A stretch of 64,000 nucleotides of DNA from Octopus vulgaris (lineage: Eukaryota), in contig OX597824.1 of assembly GCA_951406725.2 (NCBI GenBank), forward strand, positions 68,200,001 to 68,264,000, written 5' to 3'. The notes beneath the pieces were generated by a model. It had not been told where the DNA came from, searched no databases, and saw nothing but the letters and a program-made list of their open reading frames with translations. Every line of letters starts with the position of its first letter. The first letter of the stretch is position 1. The translations under genes and the position numbers were made by a program. Below, piece by piece: positions 11,520-24,909 of this stretch.

Positions 11520-13045
11520 TCATTCCAGATCAAGCCATGTACAGTGAGGCTGTCAGTAAGGTGAGGAATAGCAGCAAGTATAGTGAAGAATTCTGGTTAG
11601 AAGTGGGGGTTCACCAAGGATCAGTCCCCAGCCCCCTCTTATTCATCATAGTCCTCCAGGTAATAACAGAGGAATTCAAGACAGGCCACCCCTGGGAGCT
11701 CCTCTTTGTTGATGACCTTGCTCTAATAGCTGAGTCACTACCAGAACTAGAGAAGAAGTTTCAGGTGTGGAAGCAAGGTTTAGAATCAAATGTCCTTAGA
11801 GTCAACCTAGGAAAAGCCAAAATTTTTGTTGTAGGAAGGCAGACAAATCACAAATCCCTTCAGGTAGATGGCCTTGCTTGATCTGTAGAAGAGGCATAGA
11901 TAGAAAATCCATAAGATGTACCTGGTGTAAGCTATTGACACATAAAAGGTGCAGCAATATCAGAGGAAGGTTAACTAGGAAGATAGTTTTTGTGTGTGGG
12001 CAGATGCACAGGTGCAATAAACACCGAAGATGTACAGAAAACAGATTCCAACACATGCTGGGGAAAAAACTAGAAGTAGTTGATAGCTTCCGTTACTTAG
12101 GTGACCTGGTCAGTAGTGGGGGTGGATGCTCTGAGAGTGTAGCTACTTGAAGAATAGCCTGGGCAAAGTTCAGAGAGCTCCTACTTCTGCTGGTAACAAA
12201 GGGCCTCTCGCTCAGTGAAAATTAAACTGTATGATGCCTGTGTGTAAACAGCCATGCTACATGGCAGTGAAACATGGGCTGTGATTGCTGAGGACATGCA
12301 TAGGCTTAAAAGAAATGAAGCTAGTATGCTCTGCTGGATGTGTAATGTCAGTGTACATACACGACAGAGAGAAAAGTTGGACATAAGAAGCATCAGATGT
12401 GGTGTGCAAGAGAGACGACTCCACTGGTATGGTCATGTGTTGTGTATAGATGAGAACAGCTCTGTGAAGAAGTTTCACACCCTAACAGTGGAAGGATCCT
12501 TTGGAAGAGGTAGTACCAGGTATTGAAGCACGACCTCTGAACATTGGGCCTTACAAGTAATAACAAGTCTTTTGGAGATATGCTGTGCTTGAGAAGACCT
12601 GGCAAGCCAAGGGAGATTGTAGCTGTGGCTGATGCCAGTGTTCATAACTGGCCCATTTAAGAGCACTCTTCAGTTGTAGGGCAATATGCCGTGCTTGTGA
12701 AGACCTGTTGAACCAAGTGAAATTGTAGTCATGGCCAATGCCAGTGCCACCTGACTGGCTCTCATACCAGTGACATGTAACAAGTACCATCAGAACATGA
12801 CTGATGTCAGTGCCGCCTGACTGGCACATAAAAAGCACCATTGAGTGTGACCAATGCCACTGACTGGCACCCATTATGGGTGGCATGTAAAAAGCATCCA
12901 CTACACTCTCGGAGTGGTTGGCATTAGGAAGGGCATCCAGCTGTAGAAACCTTGCCAAATCAGATTGAAGCCTAGTGCAGCCTCCCAGTCCTCAGTCACA
13001 CCATCCAACCAATGCCAGCATGGAAAGTGGACATTAAACGACGTA
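11520..13045 (+). mobile_element. 5'-truncated RTE-clade LINE (RT and C-terminus with frameshifts, plus 3' UTR)
   Basis: Fragments VGVHQGSVPSPLLFIIVLQ, ELLFVDDL (YADD motif), FRYLGD and MLHGSETW, followed by the 3' UTR ending ggttggcattaggaagggcatccagc...catggaaagtggacattaaacgac. Confidence 0.9.
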
Positions 13046-13859
13046 GTAGTAGTAGTAGTAGCAGCAGCAGCAGCAAAAGTAACTGCAAGGATACGTCTAC
13101 CTAATCAGCCAGTTATTTTGTACCCTTTGTCTGTCTTGTAGCTTTGCCCTTTCAGTTTCTTGTCCAAATTGTCTTACTTCTTCATCATTTTTTTGTTAGC
13201 TTTTAGTATTTTTTTCTTCAATAATCCAACCTCCTTGGAAAGGAAAACAAATGAGTTTGATTATAACAAATTCTTTATATCCATTTAGTTTCATTAAAAT
13301 GGCAGTTTCAGTATTGTTTGAAGGCAACCTTGTTGTCGTTTTTCATGTATATGTATCTCTCTATATGTGTACTTGCATGTATTTGAGTGTATATGGTTGT
13401 GTGTGTGTGTGTGTATGTGTGTGAGCGAGTGAGTGTTGTTTTGTTTCCCTCTATAGACTTTTAATTTTGTTTATAAAATTTCATTTTAATTCAGATTAAT
13501 TGGTGTTGATTACATATTTCTTATTTTTCAGAACACAAAGCATTCTTTAATTCCTATATTGTAATTAGAAATTTATACTCACACAAAGGCACGCATATAT
13601 ACATGCATATACACACACACACATACATATGAATATATACATACACACATATAATTGAAGACAATTGTTTTGATGCAACGTTGTTCTCGAAGAATACAGG
13701 TATTCTCGGAGAACTACACACACACACACATGCATACATATGCACACACATATATATACTACCTATCTATCTATCTATCATCTATCTATCTATCTATCTA
13801 TCTATCTATATATATATATGCATATGTATACACACATATATATATATCTATATATAACC

Positions 13860-14110
13860 CCACCATTGCTATACATCCCATCCCTTACACCCCACCTTTG
13901 CTTCCCCCACTCTCGCCTCCCTCACACCCTACCACCACCACACCACACACCACCACACCATGCACCACGCACCACACCACAAACACCCACACACCACCAT
14001 ACCACATGCCACCAAACCACACCACCCCGCACACACTAACACTGACCACTACCCAGCATCCACACCATCATCCACACATCTACACATGCACACAAGCGCA
14101 CATCAAGGTC
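13860..14110. repeat. CAC/CCA-rich low-complexity tract
   Basis: Degenerate (CAC)n; source of the spurious H/T/P-rich ORFs. Confidence 0.8.
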
Positions 14111-14454
14111 ACCAACCCCTTTCCACACGCACACATATGCACACACACTATCATTTTGAGATCACCACTACTTTATTATCTCCCCTTCTTCCTAGCTCTC
14201 CTGTGTGACCCCTCTGTCCAGCATTTGCCATGATAGATCACTAGCCACTAAATCTTTTTTTCATTATCTCTCCCTGTTTATTTCTGCATTCTTTTCTGTC
14301 AAATAGCATAGGCTCGAAGCGTAAAAGACCTTCTCACTTCCCGAGCGTTAAACTAATACATCTGTTTGTTGTTTGCACACCCGTCTTCGTCTTTTGTTTT
14401 TTTGTAAATTCTCACTATGTATATGTATGTGTCTTTATATACATACATACATGC

Positions 14455-14890
14455 ATGGACAGGCATGGTTGTGTAGTTAAGTTCACTTTGGAGTCACATG
14501 ATTAGGGACTCAGTCTCACTGCATGAATTTTGTCAGCTGGCATTCAATACTATTGCTGTAAGTGAACTGATGCTTTGAGAGAAAAATTCATAGAGAGAAA
14601 CTGAAGAATATATATGCATTTGTGTGTGAGTTCATATTTTCCCTCATTTTGTCATGTTGTGTGTGATCTACATAAGTTAAAGGCACATTCAAACAATGTA
14701 GTTTGTTTCCCTTCTCTGCATAATCATGCCAAGGTAGTTTGTTGTTTGATAGACTGGTGGATTACTATGTTGCTTGGAAACAAATGAGGGTTAATGTGAG
14801 GCGGGGCAAATTGCCATAGAAAACTCTGCCCTAAAGTGGCCTTATCAAACCAATGTAAGTATGAGAAAGTGGATGTTAAAATGATTGTGA
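14455..14890 (+). mobile_element. SINE with a family-A tRNA head and an RTE-like tail (family F)
   Basis: Head ggcatggttgtgtagttaag...; tail ...cttggaaacaaatgagggtt...aaagtggatgttaaaatgat. Related copies at ~19125-19520(+), 21000-21290(-), 31790-32150(+) and 33170-33360(+). Confidence 0.6.
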
Positions 14891-15178
14891 TGATGCATGT
14901 ATATATATATATATATATTTTCTTTATTGCTCACAGGGGGCTAAACATAGAGGGGACAAACAAGGACAAACAAAGGGATTAAGTCGATTACAATAACCCC
15001 AGTGCATAACTGGTACTTATTTAATCGACCCCGAAAGGACGAAAGGCAAAGTCGACCTCGGCGGAATTTGAACCCAGAACATAATGGCAGCTGAAATACC
15101 GCTAAGCATTTCGCCCAGCATGCTAACGATTCTGCCAGCTCGCCCCCCCCCCCCCCCACTACATGTATGTTTATATAC

Positions 15179-15218
<40 letters not shown>

Positions 15219-15289
15219 GTCCAACCCATGCTAGCATGGAGAACGGACGTTAAACGACGATGATGATGATTATATACACTCACATACAC

Positions 15290-15680
15290 ATAGGAGTAGT
15301 CCGTAGGCTTAACTGTGTGTTAAGAAGTTTGCTTCCCTTCCACATGTATCTGCCATTGTGTGGCACCTTGGGGTAAATGTGTTCTACTATAGCCTTGGGC
15401 TGACCAATGCCTTGTGAGCGGATTTCATAGATAGAAACTGAAAGAAGCCTGTCATGTGTGCATGTCTTTGTGTATCTGTTTGTCTGTCCCCCATCACCGC
15501 TTGACAACCAGTGTTGGTATGTTTGTGTCCCTGTAACTTAGCAGTTCAGCAAAAGAGACTCATAGAATAAGTACTGGGCTTAACAAAAAAAAAACAATAA
15601 GTACTGGAGTCGATTTGCTCAACTAAAGGTGTTCAAGGCGGTGCCCCAGTATAGCCAGTCTGATGATTGAAACAAGGATT
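15290..15680 (+). mobile_element. tRNA-derived CORE-type SINE, family A
   Basis: Shares ggcaccttggg...ttctactatagcc and ...gaaactgaaagaagcc with the full copy at 22350. Confidence 0.75.
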
Positions 15681-15687
15681 AAAGAAA

Positions 15688-15745
<58 letters not shown>

Positions 15746-15764
15746 TACATATATATATATATAT

Positions 15765-16443
15765 ACTCTTTTACTTGTTTCAGTCATTTGACTGTGGCCA
15801 TGCTGGAGCTCCGCCTTTAGTCGAGCATGTCGACTCCAGGACTTATTTTTTGTAAGCCTAGTACTTATTCTATCGGTCTCTTTTGCCAAACCACTAAGTT
15901 ACGGGGACATAAACACACTAGTATCGGTTGTCAAGTGTTGTCAAGGGGGACAAACACAGACACAGAAACATATACACACACACATACACATATATATGTG
16001 GCATCCGTGTCGGTGACATGTAAAAAGCACCAACTGATCATGGCTGTTTGCCAACCTCCTCTGGCCCCTGGGCCGGTGGCACGTAAAAAACACCCACTAC
16101 ACTCACGGAGTGGTTGGCATTAGGAAGGGCATCCAGCTGTAGAAACACTGCCAGATCAGACTGGAGCCTGGCGCAGCCTCCTGGCTTCGCAGACCCCGGT
16201 CGAACCGTCCAACCCATGCTAGCATTGAAAATGGATGTTAAACGATGATGATGATGATGATATATAAGCATACATATATACGACAGGCTTCTTTCAGTTT
16301 CTGTCTACCAAATCCACTCACAAGGCTTTGGTTGGCCCGAGGCTATAGTAGAAGACACTTGCTCAAGGTGCCATGCAGTGAGACTGAACCCGGGACCATG
16401 TGGTTCGTAAGCAAGCTACTTACCACACAGCCACTCCTACGCC
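15765..16443 (-). mobile_element. Family A SINE with a nested RTE 3'-end fragment (~15998-16260, +)
   Basis: The SINE tail and head lie on either side of an RTE tail ending (gat)n, inserted in the SINE's internal microsatellite. Confidence 0.8.
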
Positions 16444-18682
16444 TATATATATATATATATATATATATACATACATACATACATATATTAAATTGGTGGT
16501 AGGTTAGTCATGAGACTGGTATATATAACACTGTAACAAAATTTTAATTTTTTTTTTGTCTTAGGTCAATAAGTATTATCTCCTATTTGTTTCTATCTAG
16601 AAATCAAAGGAATTGACCCCATTCCCTTCAAAATTTGCTTTTCTTACCCAGGCATCAATGTTTTGAAACTGACCTATTTTCTATTATATTTCAGACATTC
16701 AGCACTGAGTTAGTGAAGCAGAAATATTGTTATAGCAAATATTCTGCTCAATATCACTTGAGTTGCTTATTAGTTGCTTGACCTTAATCACTTGAGCTTG
16801 TCCCTTAGCAGCTGACAATATGTGCATCACTGATCACAAGCAAGAGTAGTGGGGGATCATCATAGCTATGTGTTGAGAGGGATTCTTTGCAGTTTGAATA
16901 AATGCATCAAAAGCAAAGCTTGAAGGAAATATTAGCCATTTTTCAGACTTTCTAGGGGTAAGCAAATAGGAAATAACAGTTGTTACACAAGGACAAAAAT
17001 CATATTACACACTGTTATATATATCTACATTTTAGCTTTTCATCCATTTGTACCTGTTGAGTCATCATTTGCTACCCCTTATCTCTCCCTGTCATCTTTC
17101 CATCATCCATTCTATTCTCTATACTCTGCACAACCTGGTGAAATGGTAGCTAAATCTCTCTCGGGTCACACCCCGTCATCTTCAAAGGAGAAGAGATGCA
17201 TTGAATAATTTCAACATGGCTACTTCTACAATGACAGGAGTGTCATGGTTGGACTTTGATCATAGCTCTACTTTGATACGATTGACCTTGACTAAACAGC
17301 AACAACAGCATTTAATAATCCAATTATGTTCCTTTCGTGCCAGTGGCACGTAAAAGCACCCACTACATTCTTGGAGTGGTTGGCGCTAGGAATGGTATCC
17401 GGCTGTAGAAACTCTACCAGATCAGATTGGAGTCTGGTGCAGCCATCTGGTTCGCCAGACCTCAGTCAAATCGTCCAACCCGTGCTAGTATGGAAAGCGG
17501 ACGTTAAACAAGGATGATGATGATGATTGTTCCAAGTTTCTCCCTTTTGATATCTTTCTGTTGAAATATACTGCCTTTGTTTCAGTTATTTTTGAAAAGA
17601 ATTTAATGAATTAACTTGTTTTAAACTGGTGTTTGAAACATATAATTAACTCGATATTTTGATAGAATGCTTTCAGCTTACTATAAAAGCACATTGTTTA
17701 TATCATAAAACCAAGAGTGGTCTAATCCTGAAAAGGATTAAATCCCAACTTGGTTTGACTTACCATTTCATTCTTATTGAGTCAATAAATTAAAGGACCA
17801 ATCAAGCAAACAGGTTCCCTATGTTTTATTTGAATCAATTGTTCCGCTCCCCACTACCTATCATCATCATTTAATGTCTGTTTTCCATGCTGGCTTGACC
17901 GATAGTTTCACTGAAAACTGGTAAGCTGGAGAGCTGCACCGGGTTCCAGCCTGGTTTGACATGGTTTCTACAGCTGGATGCCCTTTCTAATGCCAACCAC
18001 CCCAAAAATGTAGTGGGAGCTTTTTACGTGCCAGTGGCACGGGTGCCAGTTATGAAACACTGGCATTGGCCATGTCTTGTCAAGCACAGTCAACAAAGTG
18101 CTCTTCTGCCTCTTCTAGAAATGATTAAATTATACAAACACAGAGTCTCAGACCAAATGAAAATGCAGAATTACGTACTAATGCATTGACATTTTATTTT
18201 CTTTAAACATAAATTGTAATTGCTAAGCAGCAATTGTATGGATAGCTTCAATGGGTCACAGTCAGTATGTATAATTATAGATAAAGGTCAATGTCAGTGT
18301 GTATAATTAGAAACGTAGCTCATTGTGATTATCTATAATGTTTGATGCTTTTAGTTATTTATTAATGTAAGAAGGGTCCTGAAATTTGCTGAACATCAGG
18401 CATTAGTAATAATGTTCATATATGCTTTTTACAATTTCACTACCCATTCATGTATGTATGTATGTATGCGACTCTCCCTTCCGGCACTAGATGTCTACAC
18501 TGCGACCGATCTTTTCAAGCAAGAATTGGTCTTATCAGTCACCTACGGACTCACCAGTAAATTTGCGCGAAGACCATCATCCTCGACCTTGAGGGATTGC
18601 CATCATCATGTATGTATGTGTGTGTGTGTGTATGCATGAGTGTATGTGCACACACACACACACACTCACACATATATATACA

Positions 18683-19088
18683 CAGACATGGCTCTGTGGT
18701 AAGAAGCTTGCTTCCCAACCACATGGTTCTGAGTTCAGTTCCACTGTGTGGCACCTTAGGCAAGTGTCTTCTACTATAGCCACGGACCCACCAAAGCCTT
18801 GTAAGTGGATGTAGTTGATGGAAACTGAAAGAAGCCTATCGTATATATATATATATGTGTGTGTGTGTGTATTTATGTGTTTATCTTTGTGTTTGTCCCC
18901 CTACCATTGCTTGACAGCTGGTGTTTGTGTTTATGTTCCCATAACTTAGCAGTTCGGTAAGAGAGACTAATAGAATAAGTACTAGGTTTACAAAGAATAA
19001 GTCTTGAATCAATTTGTTCAACTGAAACCTTTCAATGCAGTGTTCCAGCTGCAGTCAAATGATTGAAACAAGTAAATGAATAAAAGAA
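18683..19088 (+). mobile_element. Family A SINE
   Basis: Full head-to-tail similarity to 22350-22760. Confidence 0.8.
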
Positions 19089-19606
19089 CATATGTATAAA
19101 TACAAACATATGTTTGTGTATGTAGGTGCAGGTAAAACTGTGTGGTTTAGTTGCTTTCCAGCCACATGGTTTCAGGTTCAATCTCACTGCATAGCACTTT
19201 TGGCCATTGTTTTCTGCCCTAGGCTGACTGAAACTTTTTAAGTGAATTTAATTGATAGAAACTGAAAGAAGCCTTTGTACATATAAATGTATGTATGTAT
19301 ATGTGTGGGGTAAGTTTGTCTCCCTGTCTTTGCATTGTATAATGGTTATAAATGAACATCTCTGTTGTACAGGTGGTCTTTTTCTCTCTCCAATCTTGTA
19401 GAGAAAGATGGCATTTCTATTACCAACTCACACTTGTTTCCAACTTTCACCTAGCTTGGAAACAGGTGTGAGTTGGTAATAGAAATACCTCAATGAATTC
19501 CATCTGATCCCTGCAAACATATATATGTAACAATATCTGTTTCAACACGATTTCACATCAGGAATCTAGCAAAACAAATACATAAACATAACATACATAT
19601 ATATAT

Positions 19607-19936
19607 CATCATCATCATCATCATCATCATCGTTTAACGTCTGCTTTCCATGCTAGCATGGGTTGGACGATTTGACTGAGGTCTGGTGAACCAGATGGCT
19701 GCACCGGGCTCCAATCTGATCTGGCAGAGTTTCTACAGCTGGTTGCCCTTCCTAATGCCAACCACTCCGAGAGTGTAGTGGGTGCTTTTACGTGCCATCG
19801 GCACAAGAGCTTGTCAGGCGGTACTGGCAACGGCCACGCTCAAATTGTTTTTTTTTTACATGCCACCTGCACAAGAGCCAGTCCAGCGGCACTGGCAACG
19901 ACCTCGCTCAAATGTTTTTTAATGTGCTAGTAAGGC
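19607..19936 (-). mobile_element. RTE LINE 3'-end insertion with a 45-bp target-site duplication
   Basis: (cat)n tail. Flanks 19562-19606 and 19937-19981 are direct repeats with one substitution. Similar RTE tails at ~5610, 17335, 17860, 22770, 30285, 48785, 49615 and 62460. Confidence 0.85.
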
Positions 19937-20269
19937 GAATCTAGCAAAACAAATACATAAACATAACGTACATATATATATGTAAGAAGAAAATGAAAGA
20001 AAAGGGAAACAAAGACAGCTTCTAACAATGCAGAAAGTTTGTAAAACTTCTTTATATTTCAGCACAGTGGCCTACCTTCAGAAGTAAGTAGTCCAAGAAG
20101 CCAATGAAAAACGTTTCTGATGATAGGCCTTTGAACCTGAAATATAAAGGTTCTTTGTAAAACTTGTTGCATTGTTAGAAGCTTTTTTTTTTCTTTCCCA
20201 TTGCTTTCATTTTCTATTTTGCTACGATGCTTCAAACAAACTACTACACTCATATATATGTCTGTTTGT

Positions 20270-20795
20270 CTGTCCATCCATCCACCATGAAGTTCATGAT
20301 GATTCCCTTTTTCAACTGCAAGGGCATCATCTACATCCACTGGGTTCTCTCTGAGCACAATGTGGAGATTTTAAGGGAGTTCAGAAAGACATTTCATCAC
20401 AAAAGGCCACAGCAGCTGCACCAGGCCAATGCACCAGCTCACAGTTCCATCCTGGTGACCAGCTACTTGACAGAGGTGGACATCAAAACTGTCTTTCACT
20501 GTCCCTACAGTCCAGATCTTGATCCCTGTGACTTTTGGTTGTTCCCCCAAGCTAAATGAGTTGATGAAGGAGGTTGTAACAAGGTGGTTTTGGTGATCCC
20601 AAGCTGAATGAGTTGATGATGGAGGTTGTAACAAGGTGGTTTTGGTGACCCCAAGCTGAATGAGTTTATGATAGAGGTTGTAACAAGGGTCTTGGATGTC
20701 TTTACTTTGGAGGACTTCCATAAGGCTTTCATGAAATGGCTGGAGTGCTATAACAAGTGTATTGAAGTCGGAGGATTCAACTTTCAAGGAGATTA
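20270..20795 (+). mobile_element. Mariner (DD34D) transposase fossil
   Basis: HQANAPAH...HCPYSPDLDPCDFWLFP with 34 residues between the second and third catalytic positions; internal 52-bp triplication at 20546-20688. Confidence 0.85.
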
Positions 20796-21404
20796 GGGCT
20801 TTGTACTTCTTTGAAATTCATAAATGTCTCAAAATTTCTGGAATGCATCTTGTAATCCTTAAGGGTACATGTGTTTGTGGCATACTCAGCCATTTATACT
20901 TACACCCTAATTTTATGGAGCAAAGGTTCAATTCATTAAATAATTGAATATACGTCATTGAAACCCAGTTAGATCCACCACCATCATCATCATTGTTTTA
21001 GTGTCTTCTTTTCCATACATGCATGGATTCAATGAAATTCATTGAAGCAAATTTTCTATGGCTTAATGTCCTTCCTGTTGCCAACTCTCACTTGTTTCCA
21101 GGCAAGATGATATTTACTGTGGCCAGATATATTTTTCACCAAAGACTGGAGACAAATGTCATCATTTGTGTAATGGTGATGCTTATCTACAACCATCATA
21201 TGATGTCAGGCTCTATTCAGTTTCCATGTACCAAGTTCACTCACAAAGCTTTGGTTGGCCCAGAGCTATAGAGAAGACACTTACCAAAATTGCCATGTTA
21301 CATGATTTGAAAAGAAACTGCTCAGTATATATATATATATATATATAGTATTCATGCACAATGTATATATATATTCTGTTTATATATACATGTTCATGGG
21401 TATA

Positions 21405-21812
21405 CTCTTTTACTCTTTTACTTGTTTCAGTCATTTGACTGTGGCCATGCTGGAGCACCGCCTTTAGTTGAGCAAATCAACCCCAGGACTTATTCTTTGT
21501 AAGCCTAGTACTTATTCTATTGGTCTCTTTTACCAAACCGCTAAGTTACGGGAACGTTAACACACCAGCATCGGTTGTCGAGTGATGTTGGGTGGGGACA
21601 GACACACAAACATATACACACACATACACATATATATATATATGCATATATACGACATGCTTCTTTCAGTTTCTGTCTTCCAAATCCACTCACAAGGCTT
21701 TGGTCAGCCCGTGGCTATAGTAGAAGATACTTGCCCAAGGTGCCGTGCAGTGGGACTGAACCCGGAACCATGTGGTTGTTAAGCAAGCTACTTACCACGC
21801 ACCCACTCCTGT
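21405..21812 (-). mobile_element. Family A SINE (full length)
   Basis: Reverse complement of the 22350 copy. Confidence 0.85.
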
Positions 21813-22349
21813 ACATATAAATAGATAAAGTATGTATGTATTAAACAGGGATGGAATATTATATCTTGTGCATGTGCATCTCGTATATATATATATATAT
21901 ATACATTATCTTTATGAATTCATGTTTTGAAAATGTCTTAGAATTATTGGGTTATTGTTTTCTTTATAGCTCTTTTGGCAATCAGGAGTGTTGTTTATAA
22001 TCTGAGGATTGAGAATGTGGAATAAATTTTCTCGTCTGGAAACACAGCAAAAATATTTGTAGGGAATCTAACACTGGTAACTTTTGAGCTGATAATCTAA
22101 TACCTCAGCCACTTGGGTTAATTATTACCACTTCTGGTTTTGTGAAATCGAGTACACAGCTGTTGCCAGTAGCCATTTTCATTTTTAGGGTGGTGCTGTG
22201 TGAAAAGGAAGGATTTACTAGACAGAATGACTGGGGAAAATTTCCCAGCAATGCCTTCTGCATTACAAAAGAAAGAAAATGTACATTCGAATAGGAACTA
22301 ACACAACTGAATGAAGTAATTCTCTCTACAAAAAGGTTTATCATCATTA

Positions 22350-22760
22350 GGCGCAGGAGTGGCTGTGTGGTAAGTAGCTTGCTAACCAACCACATGGTTC
22401 TGGGTTCAGTCCCACTGCGTGGCATCTTGGGCAAGTGTCTTCTGCTATAGCCCCGGGCCGACCAATGCCTTGTGAGTGGATTTGGTAGATGGAAACTGAA
22501 AGAAGCCTGTCATATATATGTATATATGTATGTGTGTGTGTGTGTTTGTGTGTCTGTGTTTGTCCCCCTAGCATTGCTTGACAACCGATGCTGGTGTGTT
22601 TACGTCCCCGTCACTTAGCGGTTCAGCAAAAGAGACCGATAGAATAAGTACTGGGCTTATGAAGAATAAGTCCCATGGTCGATTTGCTTGACTGAAGGTG
22701 GTGCTCCAGCATGGCTGCAGTCAAATGACTGAAACAAGTAAAAGAGTAAAGAGTAAAGAG
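22350..22760 (+). mobile_element. Family A tRNA-derived CORE-type SINE (reference full-length copy)
   Basis: A-box TGGCTGTGTGG, B-box GGTTCAGTCCC, CORE-like cttgggcaagtgtctt, internal (TA/TG)n and tail (aagagta)n. Other copies at 32480-32870(-), 43700-43903(-), 44363-44765(+), 48973-49380(+), 53690-53812(+) and 63830-64000(-). Confidence 0.85.
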
Positions 22761-23479
22761 TATTATCATCATCATCATTTATTGCCTGATTTCTATGCTG
22801 GGAGTGATTAGGTGATTCCACTGAATCTGACAAGCCAGTGAACTGTTTTGAGTTCCAATTTCGGCTTTGGCATGATTTCTACAGATGGATGCCCTTCCTA
22901 ATTCCATCCACTCTACATAGTTTACTGGGTACATTTTTTGTGGCACTGGCTTGCCATTCGTGAGGTTGCCAAGTGACTCACAAGATAAGACCCCACTCCA
23001 CTGAGTAGGAGTGTAGGTATTGAGTGAGGCGGCTTTGTGCCAGTTGTTGAGTAATTAAAGTATGATAGAGGAAGGGGAACAGGTGTTTTGCTAAAGAGGA
23101 GATGCATAGCTACCCAGTTGGAAAGAGAGAAAAGAGATGGTGAAAGTGTACCCTTAAAGTAGAAGATGATTATAATAAAAAGAATGGGAATAGTGGATCA
23201 CAAAGGGTAGATGGGTAGATCAGTTCACCAGTGTGTGAAGTGAGTGTGACAGATGGTTTTAGATGGGGATAGGTAGATACAGTGAATGGAACACATGAGT
23301 GGAGGCATAGTCATTGGTGAATATCAGTTAAGAGGGCAAGTGTAGGGAGGAGGAGGAGAAGGTGATAAGTGGCAGTAGTACAGAGACAAAAGTGTAGGGA
23401 GATAAATGGTGTCATTTAATTAGCTAAAATTATTGTTATGGTTATGCAGTAGTGAATGAGTGTGATGTCTTTTTTTTTT

Positions 23480-24650
23480 TATTTAATTACTGGATCGGAA
23501 GGAAAAGGCAGTGCCCCTGGTCTATGCAGGTTTTTTGAGAGCTGTGGGACTGATGCTATAACCGTTCTTCTTGCAAGTCAACTACAGCAGAAAAGACATT
23601 AGCAGAGAGAGTTCCAGAAGAATGACCTTATGGAAAGGAAGGTCTGGGAGTAGTGTCTGGTGCAGCACTTGATGGGACGGGCTTTAGTGGAGAGATGAGT
23701 TGGTCAGGAATGCCTGAGTAGAAATGGTATGAGTCCAGCAGTTATACGGAGCAGAGGCCATTATCGTAGCAGTAGTAAAAGCAGAGAAAGGAGACAGCAT
23801 GGCCTGTGTGCCTATGGCATACAGGCATCCTGGATGTGAGAACAATATGCTGCTGTGGACCTCACTTGAGTTTTTAAAGTTTTAATAGCAATTGGAGGTG
23901 AAGTTACTTCTGAATTTGAAGAAAAGGGTCAGTCATAAGGCTACTTTTACCAGGATAATTCTTTGGTGATTGGAAGACCCAACATTTAGAGTGATTGTTA
24001 GGGCTCTTATTGAGTGCAACTCATTTTTAAGAAGGTGGCAGTGTAATGATGTGCCTGGATATGAGTAGTGCTTTTGTATTTTTGTTGAGAGGAGAAAGAT
24101 CGATATATCTATATTGGATGATGCTCTCAAGGTCTCTAGTCATGGAATTGGGTTTTGACATGTGGTGTTGAGGTTGTGAGTGGGGAAAGTTAGGGAAAAA
24201 TGAAGAGTACTATTATAAACACGAGAATGAGTACTGTTAGATATGAAGGCAAGTAAAACGTTGATGTGTAGAAAGAAGAAAGTGGAGACAAAACTGAATC
24301 TAACAGAACTGAAGTTGGTAGGAGCAAAGAACAGAAAGTATCCTTTAGCACTCACTACAGTAGTGCCATCTGACAGAAATTTCTGTCTAGATCTCATCTA
24401 AGAGATGAGTGGACCCCATAGGCAAGCAGTTTTGATAGGAGATTCACAGGCAAATACTGTTAGAAGCTCTGCTTATGTTGAAGCTAATAACAGTGTTTTC
24501 ACCAAATTTCCCTAAGGTGAGAGCTTGCTGATAAGTGGCATAAGAGAGTAGACCACTAGTAGATGTGGCCTTATGGAAACCATAGAGGTGGTTGTTATGG
24601 AGAGAGACTCTGTGTGTTGGTGTTTCAGTAAGTACTGTAACAACTTTTGA
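23480..24650 (-). mobile_element. Heavily degraded Jockey/CR1-group LINE fragment
   Basis: Minus-strand remnants resemble the C-terminal motifs H...SFLCFYYCYDNGLCS and RHYSQTFLS.RSFFWNSL; many stops. Confidence 0.45.
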
Positions 24651-24909
24651 CATGTTTTAATTTTATTTGACTTTGTTAGTGAAGTATAGTATAACTAGTG
24701 CTTCTCATATCGAATGTGAACTGAGACAATAAAGATTTTAAATGAACAAAAAAAAAAAAATGAAAACAATCACTGATTAATGATAGTCTTGCTGAAGAGG
24801 AAACAGAGATGGATGATTAGTGTATGTATGTTTATGTTTTGGAGTTGTTAATGTGGTCACCATTAACATCAGAACTATCATTATTACTTCTATGATGCTC
24901 AACAATACC

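Noticed and set aside
13655-14233. 192-aa His/Thr/Pro-rich ORF
   Set aside because: Built from microsatellites and a CAC-rich tract.
20546-20688. Regularly spaced repeats reminiscent of a CRISPR array (also ~38890-39175 and 58720-59002)
   Set aside because: Eukaryotic context, no unique spacers and no cas genes; ordinary tandem duplications.
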